Positions 60,761 to 64,000 of a stretch of 64,000 bases of DNA are shown here, one piece after another. The stretch covers positions 3,680,001 to 3,744,000 of the forward strand of contig OZ242326.1 in NCBI GenBank assembly GCA_965208325.1. The letters are read 5' to 3'. This stretch comes from Candidatus Poribacteria bacterium. GTDB lineage: Bacteria > Poribacteria > WGA-4E > PCPOR2b. Numbering within the stretch: the first letter of the stretch is position 1; each line of letters starts with the position of its first letter. Below the pieces are notes generated by a model that was not told the origin of the DNA, did no database searches, and worked only from the letters and a program-made list of their open reading frames with translations. The translations under genes were made by a program, and so were the position numbers.

Positions 60761-60859
60761 CCGAATTGCGTACAAAAGTTTTTGTCTCGTCCTCAAGCGC
60801 AAGCTTCGGCGTTTTTTCTTTGATATAGGACTGAATTAGCACCTTAGGCAATCCTACAG

Positions 60860-62175
60860 TTTACTTACCCCCAATGTCTAGACAGTTATGCTCGTCTATT
60901 AAGGTGTAATTGCTAGGCAATCCGGCTGTGCTTCAACACCTAGGTTTTTTGAAAATACACCTCGTGAGGTGTTCTAGTATTGAGCGACGTATGAAGCCGC
61001 TCCTCATTATAAAACTTGAAATAGTTGTTCAAGCCGCACCAAGCAGCGTGAACTGAATCATAAGCGTGAAGATAGACATGTTCATACTTGACGGTCCGCC
61101 AGAGACGCTCAATTAAAATGTTGTCAAACACGCTGCCTGCACCCGTCCAACTGATGCGAATGTTAGCCGATTCAAGCCGAGCCGTAAAGGCATCTGACGT
61201 GAACTGCGCGCCCTGGTCGCTATTGAATATCAAAGGCCGAGAACAACTCAATGCCCGTTCCAGTGCCGATAGGCAAAAGTAAACGTCTAGTGTATTTGAC
61301 AATTCCCATGATAACACATATCGAGAGTACCAATCCATAATCGCCACTAGATACACAAAGCCGGTGGTCAAGCGGATATAGGTGATATTAGTTGCCCACA
61401 CCTGGTCCGGTCGAGTGATAATTGAATCCTTCAGTAAATAAGCATACTTTTTCGACGGCCTGCCATGCTTGGAGAGACGGGGCTTGGGATAGATGGCAAC
61501 TAAGTCCATCTTTCGCATTAACCGAGCAATCCGTTTGCGGTTGACAGCGTAGCCATTATCACATAGCCAGTCCGTCATTCGAGGTACACCGTAGCACGGC
61601 GTCTTGATGTACTGTTCGTCAATCAGACGCATATAAAGCAGGTTTTCCGGCGACTCTTCCGCCGCGGGTTGATAATAATACGAAGCGCGCGGCAACCCTA
61701 ACAGTTCGCATTGTCTCGAAACCGATGGAGCACCGCGCTCTTGCTTGATATGCTGCCGCTTCTGTTCTAATGGAGCAGTCGAGTTTTTTTTTGAAGCCAG
61801 TCTAGTTCTACCTTCAACTGACCGATTTGCCGGTAGAGTTCAGCTATAAGGCGGTCGTTGTCAGAAGTTGATTGCGTGTGTCCGTTCGCAAAAAGCTGGG
61901 GTGATTCCTCCAGAATCTGTCTTTTCCGCTGCCTGACCTGATTCGGGTGAACTTCGTAGTCACTGGCAATCTGCGCCATGGTGCGTTCATTTTTAATTGC
62001 CTCAATCGCCACCTGCGCTTTGAATCGGTTATCGTACTGCTTTCTACCACCCATGTTAAACAAACTCCTTTCGCAGTTATTGGCATTGCTGAGCCTTATT
62101 ATGGCTCATAACATGGCCGTTTTGCCAGCAAAAAATCCACCTTAAGACACTGTCTAGTTTTTGGGGGTAATTATA
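60860..62175 (-). mobile_element. IS3-family element (1316 bp; orfA 61767-62054, orfB ~60940-61790, -1 frameshift), probably inactive
   Basis: Inverted repeats TTACCCCCAA..CTAGACAGT, HTH orfA, A9C slippery site at 61784-61792 and integrase-core orfB. The first DDE Asp reads Asn (WATNITY). Confidence 0.92.
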
Positions 62176-62249
62176 AGTTATAAGCCAAAGGAAAACACCA
62201 AACCAAATCCAGCCAAACATCATGTCATTTGAAAACCATTTCTAGCGTT

Positions 62250-62699
62250 TCATTTGAGTAGCATGACAATAACCGCGACAACGGCTGCGATGCCGCCAAG
62301 TCCACCTACGCCTGTGAACAACCAAGTCAACAGCGAAAGTTGCCCGTCATGCCTATTGCGGTCAGCCTCCAAAACCTTCACGCGTGTTTCTTGGTCAACA
62401 GTCGCTTCGTGCATCGCATTTAAGAGCGTTTCAACTTTTGTGCCCTGCGCTTCCGATGCTTTGAGTCGAGCGTCATGTTCTCCAATCGTTGCACACTGTT
62501 TCTCAAGTCGTTCGTGATGGTGATCCATGCGAACTTCCATCCTTGAAACAACATCGAGAATTCTATCCAGCTTTGCCTCTACTGTGTCAGCCACGTTCGG
62601 TCCCTCCGCACTCGGCATCATTTCACGATTCGGGGGTAATGTCGGAGACGTGCGCGGTAGAGCACCTTGCAGATTCTCGCCACCGCACACGTCACACAC
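62250..62699 (-). CDS. Coiled-coil protein with C-terminal TM helix (XhlA/holin-like architecture); start uncertain
   Basis: Heptad-like helix followed by LLTWLFTGVGGLGGIAAVVAVIVMLLK. Confidence 0.5.
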   Translation of the reverse strand: MCDVCGGENLQGALPRTSPTLPPNREMMPSAEGPNVADTVEAKLDRILDVVSRMEVRMDHHHERLEKQCATIGEHDARLKASEAQGTKVETLLNAMHEATVDQETRVKVLEADRNRHDGQLSLLTWLFTGVGGLGGIAAVVAVIVMLLK

Positions 62700-62883
62700 C
62701 GCGCCTTAATAAACGGCACAACAAACAACTTTCCCCACGTCTTTGGTTTCCTAATCGCAAACCCAATTTAATTCGGATTCAGCTCTTTTAGAGTGGGTTT
62801 AGCCAACGGCGAAACCCAAACCATTTGAAACCACCAGACGAGAGAAAAGCGTTGGGTTCACTGTGTTTAACCGAACTACGAAA

Positions 62884-63065
62884 ATTGAAAGTAATCCACA
62901 AGATGAGCATTTGCTCCCAACCATCTATCAATCTTACCCAATAGTGGACTTGGGTAGTAGATCACATTGGGACGATGACGTGAATCAAATACCCCTGTTG
63001 CGTTTGCGGGCATCGTAATGTCTTCATTTGAGAGTTGCGTGAACAATCACTAGTTGCCTTGCGCA
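62884..63065 (-). pseudogene. Degenerate internal fragment paralogous to 58580-58765 of the riboswitch-controlled gene
   Basis: GGGCATCGTAATGTCTTCA, GAGAGTTGCG, GGTAGTAGAT and AACCATCT blocks are colinear in both places. Confidence 0.75.
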
Positions 63066-63154
63066 CATCGGGTAATTCTTATCGTTTGCGCAAAACCGAA
63101 AGATTAAAAGTGTAACCGTCCTACCACGCAAACTGCATCAAAAATTTGCATCGT

Positions 63155-63835
63155 CTAATACTTATAATCCAATGCCCATTTGTCTTCACACGCCAGCGAT
63201 TCCCTGTCATGCGAATTTGGACTAGCACCAGCGTGCATAGTGTAGTCTTGCCATGCAGGACAGTTGCCTATCCCAGAAGTTTTTGTCGGATCGTATTTCA
63301 CATGCTTTAAGCCCGCAGCGTGGCCCCACTCATGGGCAGCCGTGTCTCGAATACAAAGATAGCCATCGGTTTTGTTAGCATGTGTTTTCCAATCCTTATA
63401 GTAGTTGAAACCTATATCAACCTCATCTATTAAAGGCCCAATGCCGCCTATCAGCCATATATATGTCACGGCGGCATTCGGACTGTTTTCCATGCCGACC
63501 CAACTCACTACATTTTTGTTATCGTAGTCACCAGCCTCGGCGTCAATCAGTCCCTGACTTCGATAACTAAAATCTATTGTCGTGCCATCCGATCGCTGAA
63601 TGTTGCTCCATGAATTGGCAGCAGCCGTAACATCGGTTGTTAATGACGGCATTCCTGATTGTGTCGGATTGATATACCAATCCACTGGCACATGAAACGT
63701 TGCCCACTCCCACGGCCCAACAACACGACTTTGGACTTGCTCGCATGGGTACGTGTTATGGCAATGCGAGTAAACCACTAACGCTGGATTTGCTATGGCT
63801 GCAATCACAAAAATTGCGATGCTTATTTTCCTCAC
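63155..63835 (-). CDS. Secreted metzincin (matrixin/M10-like) metalloprotease
   Basis: Signal peptide, HEWGHAAGLKH (HExxHxxGxxH) and YTM Met-turn; AAGGAG RBS. Confidence 0.88.
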   Translation of the reverse strand: MRKISIAIFVIAAIANPALVVYSHCHNTYPCEQVQSRVVGPWEWATFHVPVDWYINPTQSGMPSLTTDVTAAANSWSNIQRSDGTTIDFSYRSQGLIDAEAGDYDNKNVVSWVGMENSPNAAVTYIWLIGGIGPLIDEVDIGFNYYKDWKTHANKTDGYLCIRDTAAHEWGHAAGLKHVKYDPTKTSGIGNCPAWQDYTMHAGASPNSHDRESLACEDKWALDYKY

Positions 63836-63999
63836 TTTGTTTTCTCCTTTTCAAATAGACGTTTAGAACTATCAATCAAAGTACTTTTCTGGGCTAGTGT
63901 TAAGGAATTCTCATCGGTGTTACTTGCAACATTTTTGATCTGGTTTTCAAGTAGAAGTGCAGCAGCCTTGTCTTCGATAAAAGCCTTGCCCAAATTCTT
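63832..63999 (-). CDS. 3' end of an unknown gene translationally coupled to the metzincin
   Basis: Open frame KNLGKAFIED..FEKEKTK* whose TGA overlaps the GTG start (GTGA). Confidence 0.55.
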   Translation of the reverse strand, partial: KNLGKAFIEDKAAALLLENQIKNVASNTDENSLTLAQKSTLIDSSKRLFEKEKTK

Positions 64000-64000
64000 G

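Noticed and set aside
58580..63835. Diversity-generating retroelement template/variable repeat pairs (metzincin tips; 62884 relic)
   Set aside because: No reverse transcriptase in the window, and the differences are not adenine-specific and include indels.

Overview
64 kb bacterial window of about 50% GC. The gene content points to Candidatus Poribacteria or a relative (internalin-like LRR proteins with an NYPNPFNPETW C-terminal domain, a KLTTTWGKLK-tailed secreted protein, a C25 peptidase); this is inference only. Accessory left arm (1-20.6 kb): an RHS toxin tip with a zincin motif, secreted HEAT+Ig candidate immunity genes, a truncated second RHS gene, an HNH gene between IS3-end direct repeats, two tandem LRR surface-protein genes under a sigma54 promoter, and a sigma54 activator/kinase pair split by a RAYT transposase with REP arrays. 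Core middle: leuA, DAHP synthase, serA, an ATP-grasp protein, carbohydrate and envelope genes, a PorU-like C25 peptidase, a tRNA cluster, tig-clpP-clpX-lon-rqcP, DUF58, ndk, an aminotransferase, DnaJ and asd. Right arm: a cobalamin-riboswitch operon, an inactive IS3 and a metzincin with orphan C-terminal tips. Best leads: (1) an unannotated 50-aa Tyr/Phe/Leu leader-peptide attenuator ahead of DAHP synthase-leuA; (2) a B12-riboswitch operon encoding a lipoprotein/ECF-S-like fusion plus a beta-propeller; (3) an LRR gene separated from its C-terminal sorting domain by two in-frame TAG-GAC codons; (4) a candidate C25-sortase / C-terminal-signal surface display system.
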